Shown: positions 1 to 12,652 of the stretch, one piece after another
Layout: every line of letters starts with the position of its first letter
Position numbering within the stretch: position 1 is the first letter of the stretch
Source: Chara braunii
Taxonomy: Eukaryota > Plantae > Charophyceae
Length of the DNA stretch: 64,000 bases
Direction: 5' to 3'
NCBI GenBank assembly: GCA_003427395.1
Contig: BFEA01000030.1
Coordinates: 3,795,257 to 3,859,256 of the forward strand
The notes under the pieces: generated by a model
The model's database searches: none
What the model was told of the DNA's origin: nothing
The model's input: only the letters and a program-made list of their open reading frames with translations
Program-made: the position numbers and the translations under genes

Positions 1-430
1 AAAAAAAAAAAAAAAAACGAAAATAGAGAAATTCTAGAAAAAAACAATATGTTGTGTAGAATTGCAATGCAAACAACTTTTGGCTGAGGGTCACATCGGA
101 ATTCCTCACCGGATCGGAGATGAAAAACAAAATCACACTAAGGCACCCCCCCTTAAACCCCCTTAGCCCCTCTAAAACAAATTTATACCCCCCTTCCCCC
201 CCCTTGAAAGCCAACTCTCAGAAAATGAAAAGAGCCCGGATTTGGGGTCCTCTGGGAGAGCGCAGAAAGGCAAAACCCGGGTTCCCCAGGCGTCAGACCC
301 CCCGGGCATCACGCCCAAGTGCCCTGCCGGGCATGAAAATCTTCCTAGCCTGGTCCCTGAGAAAGTTTTATGAAAATGGCATTGTGGCAATGGAAAAATG
401 GAGGGTGTTGGCACTGTTGAGGGGTTTTGA
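1..430 (+). mobile_element. Fragment of an unclassified dispersed repeat, homologous to about 53490-53970 on the opposite strand
   Basis: Shared blocks such as gaattcctcac, cccccttaaa...ttagcccct...atttata and catgaaaatcttcctagc. Confidence 0.7.
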
Positions 431-713
431 TCCAGATTTAATTTTTGCTGCTGATTTCCTGACAGTGTTTTATGAAGTTGGCAATAGACGAGCATTTCAT
501 GAAGCTGAAGGAAGTCTGAAATAGACGAGCATTTTCTTCCAACAGTGGGGCTTTCTATTCGATAGCGAACTTAGCGGTATTAGTATCATATTACATAATA
601 CATAGGCCAGTTGCGGAGGCAAATGAGGTCGTCTTCTGACAAGTGCCTGTTGCTGTGCTTTGTGGGAATCTTTTTTTTTTTGTTCTTTCCCTGCGGTTTG
701 GGGATCTATGCAG

Positions 714-868
714 CATTCATGTGGCAGTTGATGAGGCAGCATATGTTGCAGCTGCTCTGCAACCTGAAGCAATATGGCAAGGGCGACGTGTCAGATGCTG
801 ACATAATCAGGTGGTGTAACCAGAAGGTCAGGGCAGTTGGCAAAGCCACGAGAATGGAGAGTTTCAAG
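714..868 (+). CDS. FIM: Fimbrin/plastin exon (end of CH3, start of CH4); upstream exons lie outside the window
   Basis: AG|...|GT exon encoding AFMWQLMRQHMLQLLCNLK...DADIIRWCNQKV...MESFK; ends in phase 0, matching exon 7726. Confidence 0.93.
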
Positions 869-1139
869 GTTGGTATACTATACGTTTACGGGACCGCATT
901 AAAAAAAAAAAAAAACTTAAAAAAAGGTACTAGTTTGCGCTTCATGGTTCTTTTTTTGGTGCTCTTTTTCTACTGTCTGTTTTTTTTTTTATGTGTCATG
1001 AATACGTAGTGTTGTGCATTGCGTTAGGCCGCCACCTCCTCGAAAATCAGGTCGACCCTCGCAGACAGGAAAATATAATTGTGAATGTGAGATCGTCGAT
1101 CTAATGTGCGAACTGGAAAATGGAAGGCAGCCTCGTAAC

Positions 1140-1293
1140 CATGGCAACTGTGGACATTGTTAGAGTCGGTCATCCCCCTCTCACCCACCCCCCTTTCTCT
1201 ACCTCCCCCTATCCGTACCTCAATCAATCAATCAGTCGGTCAATCAGTCGATCAATCAATCAATCATTCAATCATTCATTCAATCATTCATTC

Positions 1294-1334
<41 letters not shown>

Positions 1335-1818
1335 ATTTGGTTGGTTGATTGATTGTTTGATTGGTCGAATGACTGATCGATTAATTGATTGATTGATTGA
1401 CTGCAGCATTTCGCCACCCGCCACGGGGACAAAGATAACAAAGTCGATAGTTCCTTTCCCCAAAGAATGCAAGGTTAAATACGGGCAGCATTTCACCACC
1501 CCTGTGGGCGGCTTGGGAAGTTCCACGAGATCAGATGGCAAAGAGGACAGTGCCAGCAGTTCCGTTCCCCACAGCAGGCGAGAAAAAAAGGGGCATTGAC
1601 GGCGCCATTGACGGTGGCATTGACAAATCATTCCCTCCTGAAAAAAAAACGGGTAGCATTTCACCACCCCACATGGGGTCCGTTAATCCCACCTCAATGA
1701 ACAGCAGCATTGACGATTCAGTTTCCTCGGCCAATCATTCAATCAACCAATCAATCAATCAGTCAATCAATCAACCAGTCAATCAATCAATCAATCAATC
1801 AACCAGTCAATCAACCAG

Positions 1819-1850
<32 letters not shown>

Positions 1851-2604
1851 CCAATCAATCAATCAGTCAATCATTCAGCAACATCACGCCGCACAAATGG
1901 CAAAAAGTTTTGACAAACCGAAACGCGACTGCAGGACATATGAAAATGAAAAAACAGTTATACACGACTGCAATCATTCATGCATTGAATCAATGAAGGT
2001 ACCCATCTCATTCGCCTCCCCTCCTCCTCCGTCTCCTCCTCCACATCCTCGATATCATTCGTCCTCCTCCTCGTTGCCCCTCGTCCTCCTCTTCGATATG
2101 GCTTGTCCTCTTATATCGCTCGTCCTCCTCGTTGTCCCGAATCCTCTTCAACCTCGCTCGTCCTTCCCGTTGTCCCGTCCTCTTCTATCACGTGTCCTCC
2201 TCGTTGCACCAACTCCACTTCGATACTGCTTGTCCTCCCCGTTGTCCCGTCCTCCTCTTCTATGGCTAGTCCTCCTCGTTGCCCCGCGTTCCACCAACTC
2301 CTCTTCCATACTGCTTGTCCTCCCCGTTGTCCCAACTCCTGTTCACTACTGCTCGTCCTCCTCCCCACCGCCCCCCGTTCTCCTCTTCCTCCTCCGCCTC
2401 CTTTTGGGTCTCCCGCCTAACGTGCCCAAGCGTCTTCATTGCCCCGAGTCCTCCAAGAAAACAAAACGAGACCGTCCCGACAAAAAAACAAGGAACAAAA
2501 AAAGGTCGCCACTGTCGAATCGATGTCTATCCTCCCCCCCCTCCTCTTCCTCCACGTTTTCCCTCGACGTCGTCCGCCTCCCGCCCTGTTCACTTAGACG
2601 TTCG

Positions 2605-2656
<52 letters not shown>

Positions 2657-2739
2657 TGAGTCACCCATGTCTAAGCCTCCACGAAGTAATGCAAGCAAGG
2701 AACAATGCTACCCAATGGGGGGAGAGGGGGAGGTTTGGA

Positions 2740-2811
<72 letters not shown>

Positions 2812-3292
2812 CTGACCTGGCAGCGGGCGACGACCTCCTCCGCAGCAAGAAGCCTGGCGGGCAGGGACGCCTTGGCTGGCGATGATCTCCTCGGCAACGA
2901 TAGACGTTGATAGTGACGGCGGGCGACGAAGATGACAACAGAAGATCGGCGGCAGCGAGGCGGCAACACAGCTCACTCGAAATGGCTTAGGCGGGAGGGA
3001 TAGCGGATTCGAAAACTCGAATCCTTGTTTTTCCCTTCCCCTGTCCGAGCTGGGCAGAGGCGGGAATCCAACACAGTCTGGCGCTTTCCGGTAGGCCTTT
3101 CAGTGGTCAAAAAGTCCCAAAAGAATTTTTGGGGGGCAGCCTAGGACCCCCAAAACGTCCTAGGAGCCCCAAATTTTTTTTTGAATTTTCAAGAAACGGG
3201 TCCATTCCGGACCTACCGGACCGGACCCCAGACCCGGACCCAGACAGCCGGTCTGTCTGGATCCCGGTCCAGACGTCCGGCCGGTTGCCATG
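1140..3292. mobile_element. Non-autonomous hAT-like DNA transposon in the fimbrin intron
   Basis: TIR CATGGCAAC...GTTGCCATG; perfect 8-bp TSD CTCGTAAC at 1132-1139 and 3293-3300; subterminal ccggac repeats. Confidence 0.85.
1220..1400. repeat. (TCAA)n followed by (TTGA)n, an inverted microsatellite; second (TCAA)n tract at 1733-1876
   Basis: Direct reading; inversion centre ATCGAT at 1331-1336. Confidence 0.9.
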
Positions 3293-3534
3293 CTCGTAAC
3301 CAGGGCGGTTATTGTGAACGGTAGTAGTGTTTTATTGGCTGTGGAGCCTACGTTTCAAGTGCGTGTCATTTTATCTTGCACTGAAGCTGTCAGAGAGCTA
3401 TCGTATGTGTCTATGACACTTCTGGAAATTTGCCGCCAAACTTCCCAATTTCTTCACATCTGCATGGCTCGAACAATTTGCACTGAAGAGAAAATTGTGA
3501 ATATCCCGACTGGTGGGAAGCTTTGCACCCAGAT

Positions 3535-3606
3535 GTCCTTTGGGACATCCGTTACGATTGGACTAGTACAGAGAAGATTAGCATGGCCCCTGCGAAAGGA
3601 TGACAT
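3535..3606 (+). pseudogene. U6: 3'-truncated U6 snRNA copy
   Basis: GTCCTTTGGGACATCCG...TACAGAGAAGATTAGCATGGCCCCTGCGAAAGGATGACA matches the plant U6 5' stem, ACAGAGA box, AGC triad and ISL; 3' end absent, A-rich tail follows. Confidence 0.9.
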
Positions 3607-3874
3607 GAAAGGAAAGAAAGAGGGGCAAAAAAAAAAAAAAGATCCTTTATGCCCAGCATGTATTAACGGATCAGACCGGCATACTTCATGAAAATAAGAA
3701 AAGGTGATCTTAGAAAATAAAAAAAATAAAAATAAAAATGAGAAAAGGTGATCTTTACTTGGGTGCCGGGGTGCAGTAAGCAACCCACAACAAACGGCAC
3801 TCAGGATGGTGCAGTAGTTATACCACTCCCTCTAGAAGGCCCCACCGGTTTTCCAAAAAACAAAAACTGTGCAG

Positions 3875-5135
3875 CAGGGCTGGGCCGGACCGGCCCAGGG
3901 GGGTCAACCGGCAAACTGGTTGGTCAAAAAAGTGGTCGGGGGGTTGAGGTCGAGATTAAATGAGAAGACATCGACGAGAAGAGGAGGGGGGAGTAAAAAT
4001 AAATAAATTGAAATTGGCTATGGCTAACAAAGAGGATGAGAAGAGGAGGAAGAAGAAGAGGAGGAGGAGGAGGTGGAGATGAAGAGCAGGAGAGGACGAG
4101 TGGAAGAAGAACAAAAAGCACAGGAGGAGGAGAAGGAGACGGAGAAGAAGAAAGTGGAAAAAGCACGGGGGGGTGTGGTGAGGATGATGGGCGACCGGCC
4201 GGATCGGCGTGGGCAGGGAGGCTGAAGAAGACGAAGAAAAGGGGGAGAGGACGAAGAAGATGAAGAGGACGAGGGGAGGAAGAAGAGAACAAAGAAGAGA
4301 GGAAGGAGACGAAGAAGAGGAGGAGGGGGGAGCAGAAGAAGAGTGAAAGAAGTCGAAGAAGAAGAAGAAGAAGAGGTGGATAAGGAGGAGAAGAGAAGCA
4401 GACCAGGAGTGGAAGAAGAAGAGGAGGAGGAGGAGAAGAAGAAGAGCAGACGTCGAAGAAGAAGTAGAAAGAAGAAGAAGAAGAAGGAGAACGAGAAAAA
4501 GAAGAAGAGAAGCAGACCAGGACTTGAAGAAGAAGAAGAGGAGGAGGAGGAGGAGAAGATGAGCAGACGTCGAGGAAGAAGGAGAAGAAGAAGGACAGGG
4601 GGCCACAAACCGGGCGCTGGCGTGGCTCGATGGCGACTGGCAGGGGGCTTGATGGTGATGCTGGTGGGGCGCTGGATGGCGATGCTGGCTGGCAGTTGAC
4701 TGCTGGCAGGGGGCTTGATGGCAATGCTGGCTGGTGCTGCTTGATGGGCGTCGCGATTGCGGGGGGAATGCGGCATCGACTGCAATGGCAAACGGGTTGG
4801 ACGTGTAATCGTTTTCCCCCGCCGCACGTTTGCACCAGTGCACAGTTCCCGCCCAAAGGGGTTAAAAAAAGTGGCCGATCTTTGCCGCTGATCTGTGATG
4901 ATCGGCAGCCAAGATCGGCCGTTTTTTGGACTCACACAAAACGGGTGAACAGGACCCGGTTTCGGATTTGTGGGGCAGGGCCTGCCTCCAAAAGCCCTCC
5001 CGCACACCGCTGCACTGCCAGATTTTTTTTTTCGGGCCCCAGTGAAAATGCGCTGAGGGCAACCGGGAGGGAACCGGCCTGGTCCACCGGCCGGTCCAAC
5101 CGGGAGGACCCCAGTCCATCCAGGGACCATCCCTG
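3875..5135. mobile_element. Non-autonomous hAT-like DNA transposon with GAA/GAG-rich interior
   Basis: TIR CAGGGCTGGGCC...GGACCATCCCTG (10/12); perfect 8-bp TSD CTGTGCAG at 3867-3874 and 5136-5143. Confidence 0.87.
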
Positions 5136-5172
5136 CTGTGCAGTATATAAGTACTTGGAACATGCTGGCTAT

Positions 5173-7364
5173 TGTTACATGCTGCGCCTGCACACGAGGG
5201 CCATTTTCCAGGCCCTGTGTCCCTCAGACTGAAAGCCTGAAATTCAGGCTTAAAGCCTGAAAACCAGGGCCTACAGGCCCCGTGACTGTTCAGCCCGAAA
5301 GCCTGATAACAGGGGCCTACAGTGTTTCAGACTAAAAATGGCAACAGCCTTTTTAGCCTGAAACGAAGGGCCATTTTCGGTCGGGCCATTTTCGGTCGTT
5401 CATCAGAACGACCGGCACTGAAACTCAGGCACCGAACCAGTGTTTCGGGAACAGGCTATTCTTAGCCTGTTCCCCACGCCAGCCTCAGCAGCTGCTGCAG
5501 CGCCAGCCCCTGGCACACTTCGGCATTGGCAAGAGCAGCCTCCTCGGCCTGGCTCGCCCTTCAGGCAGTCAGGAGGCAGGCCGAGGTAGTACATAGGGAC
5601 TTCCCATGTACTTCACGGGGAGGCAGGAGGCAGTAGTAGTCTTCAGGATTCGGCAGCAGCACTCTGGAGGGAGCGCTGCAGGAGTAGTGGTAGCGTTAGC
5701 CTTAGTCTTCAGCGCTGGGCGCAGTAGGTAGCTGTAGTCTCCAGCGCTGGGCGCCGTAGCTAGGATAGCACTAGAGAGAGAGAGATTGGGCGGAGGCCAG
5801 AGGTACTTACCTGCAGCGCCGTTGCTCCAGCTTCGTCTTCGAGGTACCTGCAGCACAGCGCCAACATCACAGGTTAGTTCCTGGCTCGTAACAGAAAGAG
5901 AGAGTTCTTCTTCTTCCTCTTCTCAGTCCACCATCTCCCTCTCACCTTCTCATCATCTGACTTCACTGCATCTGCAGACTACGAGAGAAGAGAGAAAGAG
6001 CTTGGTGACATTGGATCCAGACTCGACTTTTGGACTTCAGACATTGCAACGAGGGATTATTTGGGACTTGTGACAAAGACTTGGTGTTGACGACATTCCC
6101 ATCTCTCCCTCTCCTCTTCGTCTGATTCCCTCCTCTTCGTCTGTGTATGTCTGGACCTGGCGCTTTCTTCCTGTGTACAGCGCCAGGCTCCTTCACACCT
6201 GGTGATGGATACGATGTATGTTGGTCTGCGTTCAAACATTGATTGGGCTAGTCATTAGCATTCTAGCATTCTGCTTCGCTATCTGGTACTATGTGAATGA
6301 GGTCAGTCCCGGTCAGGTCAGGATTTGTATCTAAGTCTTCCCTGCGCTGTTCAGCACCATTTTGTATGTATTAGAATGTACATTGTTTGTTGAGTTTCTA
6401 CTTGCACTGCATTGTCCATTCAGTCCTTTTCATCACATTGCGGATCCTCGGTTTCTATGTACATCACCCAACTGGGCATGTAACACTATGCTGCACCCGC
6501 AACTGTCCTTCAATTGACCCAAAAACAGCACTGATCCATCTCGTGAGGCCAAGGTTTTTCATCAACAACAAAAAAAAGATGGTGCAGTATGTACTTAAAA
6601 CACGCTGGCTATGCTGCACCCACAACTTTCCTTCAGCTGGGCAAAAAACAGCACTGCTCCTTCTTGTGACGCCACAAAATTCAGGAACTGAAAAGGAACA
6701 AAGTTTACTCACACTGCTAGCTTTTATAGAGTCGTATTTGCCTGGGTCTGTGGGCCCCTGCCGGGCTCTATCTAGCGTACCGAGTCCCATGTGTCCATGA
6801 GCAGCTAACTGTTTTCTCACTTGGAGGTCCCAGGTTCGAATCTGACTCGCAGCAAACTTCAAAAACACAATAAAAACAACTTGTACGGTTGTACGCTCTT
6901 CACAGTCGGGCCAGCTCTCTGGTTCAAATCCCTCCTGATCCGAATGGATACTGTGTACCGGAGAGTGGCCATTACCCCTGTCAATATCATGGCCAGGCTG
7001 TGCTCCATGCTCTCTAACTTTGCCGTGTTGGCCGCCTATGCTGGTGCCAACCGTTCACAGACGGGAAGGAGACTAAATCGATGGACTCGAAAGAGCACAT
7101 CGCATACTTGAGCAGTACGAATCCGTCGGCNGTCGGGTGAGACTAACTAAGCAGTCGTTGGCTGCTTCGACATCTACCGACTTCGTACCCTTTGGAAATC
7201 AATTAAATTATGCCTGAGAGAAAGGTCTGGCCAGAGCGAGCAGACTACAGCGATCTATCGCCAGGGTCTGCCAAAACCCTGTTTTGACTCTTGAGAACTT
7301 TCGACTAATCGATAAATAAGCCCAGCATATGAAGTCAATTAAGGTGACCGTCGAGCCAATTTCA
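5173..7364. mobile_element. Possible solo-LTR-like repeat, with a SINE-like B box near 6830
   Basis: Begins TGTTAC, ends TTTCA, short internal repeats (aaagcctga, gggccattttc); no convincing TSD, boundaries uncertain. Confidence 0.35.
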
Positions 7365-7725
7365 ATGACCTCACCATCTTTCCTGTTCATCTTTCTTTTT
7401 CATGTCTGCACCACTTCAAGGCAGCGGCTGGTCGGTCTCCTGCCGAACCGTACGGATTTGTGGGGCCTCCATTTTGATTTTTGTCCCTGTTGCAGCCTCC
7501 CCTTATGTTCCTCCCCTGCATCTTTTTGCAGCCTCCCTAGTGAATTCCTCCAAACACAACACGCCGCCACCATAACAACCGAGCTGGAAAGAGGCCATGT
7601 GTGTCCTCTTTTGGGGAAGACGGTAGCAGCGAAGATCGGAAGAAGGTTATCTGGAGAAATCCTGGCTTGTGTGATTTTCATGTATTTGATTTTGATGTTT
7701 GAACTCATGCGCGCTTCCAATGCAG

Positions 7726-7822
7726 GACAAGACTTTGTCGACCGGCGTCTTTTTCTTGGATCTTCTTGGTGCTGTGGAGCCGCGGATAGTGAATACAACA
7801 CTGGTTACCGAGGGAAAAACAG
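7726..7822 (+). CDS. FIM: Fimbrin exon (CH4), not shown in this frame by the ORF track
   Basis: tgcag|GAC...ACA G|gtcagt encodes [32 protein letters not shown]; 97 nt, phase 0 to 1, compatible with both neighbours. Confidence 0.93.
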
Positions 7823-8897
7823 GTCAGTATGCAGTTTTTCGGTGGAGGCACATTTTTCGTCCCGTGATCTGACCGATTAAGCCCAGGTTGATCTGAGTTT
7901 CAAAACCCCTGGTTCGAAGCCCCTTGGTTAGGTGTGCTGGTTAATTCACTGGTAAGTACGCAAAGCGTACAAGCATCACACAAGCATCGTTGTTAGCCAA
8001 GGATATCCAGACGCCGTGCTGGTTAACTCAGTGCCTTGGGTTGGGTTGGGTTGGGTTAAAATTGGTCATGACGGAAAGACTGTCAGAGATCCGCAGAAAG
8101 GTGTCACGTACTGGTAGTTTATTGTACTTTTTCTTTTCTTTTTTTCCAGAGACGAGCCCTATCTATTCGGGGGCGGAGCAGTCCGGTTGCTTATCACCGG
8201 CAAGTATGGTTCACAAGGAAAGGGGGGAGAACAGAAGAACAAGCACAACCTCATACTTCTTTTGTTTTTTTAATTTTAATTCGTTTTATTTATTTTTAGA
8301 AGTTCCGTATTCAGGGTTTTCATGGTTCATTGCATTCCATATATCTTGCTGATCGAGCTCTTCTGGAGAAGTCCAGTGAGCACTGCATGCTTATAGGTTT
8401 CGGGGACAGTGGTGGGCGGGTTTCAGCCTTAAGGTGATCCTCTCCGCCTGGTAAGCAATCCAGGCGATAAGAAATTGGAAAAGGAGGGAGACCAGTTCGT
8501 CTCCCTGGTTCCGACAGGAAAAAAAAAAAAAAAAAAAAAAAGTTGCGGTTTGTTTACCGGACGCAACCGGAGGCAAAAGTCTGGCTGCACCTGGCAAGTT
8601 CGCTCCCGCAACACATTGTTTATTTTTGGGCCAGGCGGCGCAGCACATCGGGAAAAAGAGGCTTCGACGGACTTCATGGTTTAACGAACGATTCTTCAAA
8701 TTTCTCTCAATAATAACTTCATGTCGTAATCAGGTTTTCGTTAGGGGAAAGTTTTTTTCAGCTCTTGCCATGTCGGTTAAGTACAGTCGACGTCTTTATT
8801 TTTAATTTTTTTTGTACGCGAGTTACAGTCGACATCGACAGTTCCTTTTTTTAATTTTAAATTTTCTATTTGTTCCATGTGTGTGCGCACTGTGCAG

Positions 8898-8989
8898 CTG
8901 AAGATCGGGAGTCCAATGCGAAGTACATTATCAGTGTGGCCCGGAAGCTCGGCTGCTCCATTTTTTTGCTTTGGGATGACATCGTTGAG
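8898..8989 (+). CDS. FIM: Fimbrin exon (CH4)
   Basis: tgcag|CT...GAG|gtacg encodes (A)[30 protein letters not shown], a fimbrin signature; 92 nt, phase 1 to 0. Confidence 0.95.
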
Positions 8990-10042
8990 GTACGAGTCCG
9001 TGTGACCTACGAACAGGGAGGGACCTTTTTCAGGATGGATATCTCTTGTCCAAAAAATAGGGTTGTGTAACTTGCCTGTCGGTCGAGACTTGCCGCTACA
9101 CAGTCCTCACGATTCTCGCACCTGGAACCTTTTTTTTCTTTTTTTCTTTTTTTCTTTTTAACCCCGCCCCAGGTGTCACAGGGGGTGGTGATAAAAAGAG
9201 CAACCCCCTCTACCAGCGTCTGCTGCGGGTGACTCCAGTCTATTGGTGGGGAGCAGCACCTGCTGTTATAACCGGGGTCCAGCGTCCCATCCATAGATTG
9301 TTTTGCAAGTCCCATTCATTTGATCTATCGTGTCAAGAAGCTGTCGACTCAGACTCTTCGGAGCCGTCCAGTTGAGATCCCTACCTGTGAGAGAGCCCCT
9401 TCAATTAATTAAAATTCGAGAACCTTTCAAAACTCCAATTATGGTTAAGTGCAGACCGCACTGTACAATACCTGGTATTTTGTTAACCTAACTGTCACAA
9501 TCAGGGCATACTCACACTACCACCGGTAGCACTTTCTACGATGCATCTGACTGCAATTACGGCCCGACCTGGATGAACCTGACCGCAATCACGTCCACAG
9601 CTTTGCCAGAAAAGTGTTAGTGTGAGCGTGCTCTCAGATGGTAAAAGAAAAAACAACTTCACACATCCGCTCATTGGGTTCGGAACCGAGCATGCTTTTA
9701 CGAGTTTGCGCATGCTTCGGAATTCCAAAGTGCCTCTCTCTCCACTGCTCAACTTTTGACATGTATTTGGACTGTTTGCGGACTAGGTACATTTGGACGG
9801 ATCAAACATTTTGAACGTATCCGGTCCGTTAGCTGTCCAGATACGTGTTGAATGAAAAGTAGTGAAGCAAGGGCCAAAGCCAGCACGTGTCGACCATCAT
9901 CGCCCTTAATTCTGTCCGTCGGGTTGATTGTAAATGAACAACCAAGAACCTGTTCCAGCGCCTGGCCAGTACCAGATGAAAGTCGGACTTAAGTTCACTT
10001 TTTTTTTCAAAAAAAAGGACACTAAATATTGTAGCTAAAAAG

Positions 10043-10110
10043 AGCCTAGCTCAGTGGGTACACCCATGAACTGTTGAAATACAGACCTGTGTTCGAATCC
10101 AGATGATGGA
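10043..10110 (+). mobile_element. tRNA-derived SINE head
   Basis: A box TAGCTCAGTGG and B box GTTCGAATCC at tRNA-like spacing; no complete cloverleaf. Confidence 0.55.
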
Positions 10111-10817
10111 AACTTGACAATTGCAACCAACTACTAATAAATTGCTTGGGGTCGGTCAGCTCAATGATAATATCAAAAGACCGTCGCCCTTTAATACTAG
10201 ACCTGAGTTTTGTTTTGTTCTTTTGGCTTTTTTCAGACCTATGTTCGAACTCCACTGGAAGCAGATGAGTAAAATACTAGAATTCTGAATTACCTAGCGC
10301 CGGCCAGTTCAATTATCATATCTGAAGCCCTTTCAAAACAAAAAACAAAAACAAAAAAAGGTAGTAGCTATAAAAAAAAAAAAAAAAAAAAAGGCACCTA
10401 TGAAAAATAGAGAGAGTAGAAGTCAATCGTGGTTTATAAATAGCAACGGAAATTTTTATTTAATTTGATTTTACTTTTAAAGAAATAGCAATGTAATTGC
10501 TGAATGACTGTGGCAATTTTGGCAATGGCAGTGTGCTTTTGGAATGGCATAGTAGATCCCATCCAGTCCCATCCAGTCCCATCCAGTTAAGTCCTGTTTT
10601 AGGTCGCAAAATGCGGACAAAATATAGAGGTCAGCTTGTATCAAGTTGTATGACATGTCAAAATAACGTTGGCGGAGTGCCCACAATGGAAAAATACAAT
10701 GTTTTGGGTGGATCCGATTTCAGCTGTGGGATATAGAAGATTGTCTTGCCACGTAAATTTGCATGTCTGTGACGGAAGCACACTCGGCTCACCTGTGAGT
10801 GTCTGTGCCTGTGCCAG

Positions 10818-12008
10818 GTGAGACCAAAAATGATCCTCACGCTTGCCGCGAGTATCATGCTTCGTAGCTTACAGATGAAAGCAGAAAGAGAGAGAGTGGC
10901 TCTGGAAAGGGCCATGCAAGAGCGAGCGGGGGAGATCAGAGGGAACAACAAAGGAACGGAGGCAAATGAGGAAACAGGGGAGGCGGCTGCAGTGGAGAAC
11001 GGGGAGGGGTCTCCAGTGACAGCAGGCGGGACAGGATCGATGAGGACAACGCCTTCTCCCACTTGCAGCAGTCCATTTGTAAATGGGGAAGTCACTGCAA
11101 GCAACAGTGGGGAAAGCACGCCGGGAGGAACGAAACCGGTTGCGGCAATGACAATCGCGGGTGTTTTGCCTGGACATCGGCGAGCAGCTTCCCAGATTGT
11201 CGGAGGCATAGCTGCAAGGTGGAGCAGCGGTGGTCTTTCGAAAGGCAGTCCCAATGAACCTAGCGAAGATAAACCTTCACTGGCTGAGAAAATTGCCAGC
11301 CTTCGACTAAAAGGAGAACCAGAAGTTAGCTTGGGGAGTCAGGACAAGGAACTGCTTCAGAGATTGGCAGTCGCGCGGTTCTCCCCAGCCGCTGCAGCCC
11401 CTGCAAGCTCTGCTCCAATCTCTGTACCTCTGCACCCTTCCCATGCTAGGTCACTTAACCTGGTGTGCCGCTCCCAGCCCGTTTCCCCTATGCTTAGGCC
11501 TGTTTCCGCTCGGACAAGATCGCGATCCCCGTGCCGATCACCGATGTTGAGGTCCGCATCGGGTCGACCTCTAGTCCCATCTGCCTCAACAACGCCGCCA
11601 GGTGGATCGTCGGCCATGTCGAGCGTCATGCAGAGTGTCCTGGAGAGGAAGTTGCTCGAAGTCGCGTCTGTTGCATCCAACGGTGTGCTCGAAAATGATC
11701 CGTCCGATCGGTCCGCAGATTCTGCATCAAATGGATCGAATGGCAACACCAGCAAAATTGCAGCAGCGCCAGCGGACTGTGTTGAACCGTCGTTGGGAAA
11801 GAGCGAAAGGGATTATCTGGAAAGGAGTGCAACTGGCCATGCACGGTCTGCTTCGTTCTCTGTCGGTTCGTACCGATCCTCGAGTTTTTCGTCCTTCCGC
11901 TCCCCTGCTCCCATACCCTACTCATCACCAATGTTTGGCCCTGTGAGAACACCATTCATTCATTCATCGTCGAACTCTCAGTCGAGAAAGACTCCGCCGC
12001 GGTCGTAG
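10818..12008 (+). CDS. FIM: Fimbrin terminal exon: end of CH4 plus about 375-aa S/P/A/G-rich extension
   Basis: ccag|GTG; VRPKMILTLAASIM is the canonical fimbrin CH4 end; frame open to TAG at 12006-12008. Confidence 0.88.
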   Translation: MRPKMILTLAASIMLRSLQMKAERERVALERAMQERAGEIRGNNKGTEANEETGEAAAVENGEGSPVTAGGTGSMRTTPSPTCSSPFVNGEVTASNSGESTPGGTKPVAAMTIAGVLPGHRRAASQIVGGIAARWSSGGLSKGSPNEPSEDKPSLAEKIASLRLKGEPEVSLGSQDKELLQRLAVARFSPAAAAPASSAPISVPLHPSHARSLNLVCRSQPVSPMLRPVSARTRSRSPCRSPMLRSASGRPLVPSASTTPPGGSSAMSSVMQSVLERKLLEVASVASNGVLENDPSDRSADSASNGSNGNTSKIAAAPADCVEPSLGKSERDYLERSATGHARSASFSVGSYRSSSFSSFRSPAPIPYSSPMFGPVRTPFIHSSSNSQSRKTPPRS

Positions 12009-12568
12009 AACTGTTGCAAGTTTCCTTGTGATTCTTTGACGGATTCTCTTGTCGGTCATATGCTCTGCCTGTAGACGATCTCTCTTGTTAGATTTCTGTT
12101 GATTCAATTGTCATGCATGCGTCGACGTCTTCCCGATTTTTCCCATCGTATCTATACGGAAGAACGCCGTACGAGGAAAGTATGCCTTCCAGGTTAACAA
12201 AGACCCAAGTCCTCCCTGTGCATTGCGAACTGAATGATGATTACCTGTGATCGAAGTCTGACTGACCTAGGAAACGGTTTGGGGGTCTCCTTGTTGAGGG
12301 TACCGAACGGACTCGTGTGCAGATATACGTTGCCGATCTTATTGTTGTTACCCAGCAACCAACAAGCATGTGTTGCCTTCTTTTCCTTTCTCGGCCGGCC
12401 GATCTCCGAGGGTCAGGCAGCCTTCTCTTCTTCACTCCATGGACTTCGACGTGCCTTCCTTCCCCTCGGTGTTCTCTCTCTCTCTCTCNNNNNNNNNNNN
12501 NNNNNNNNNNNNNNNNNNNNNNNNNNNNNNNNNNNNNNNNNNNNNNNNNNNNNNNNNNNNNNNNNNNN

Positions 12569-12652
<84 letters not shown>

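Noticed and set aside
1897-2976. 337-aa ORF and overlapping ORFs
   Set aside because: Low-complexity and microsatellite translation with no domain
3924-5232. Long ORFs of 200-389 aa on both strands
   Set aside because: Translations of GAA/GAG low-complexity DNA inside a non-autonomous transposon
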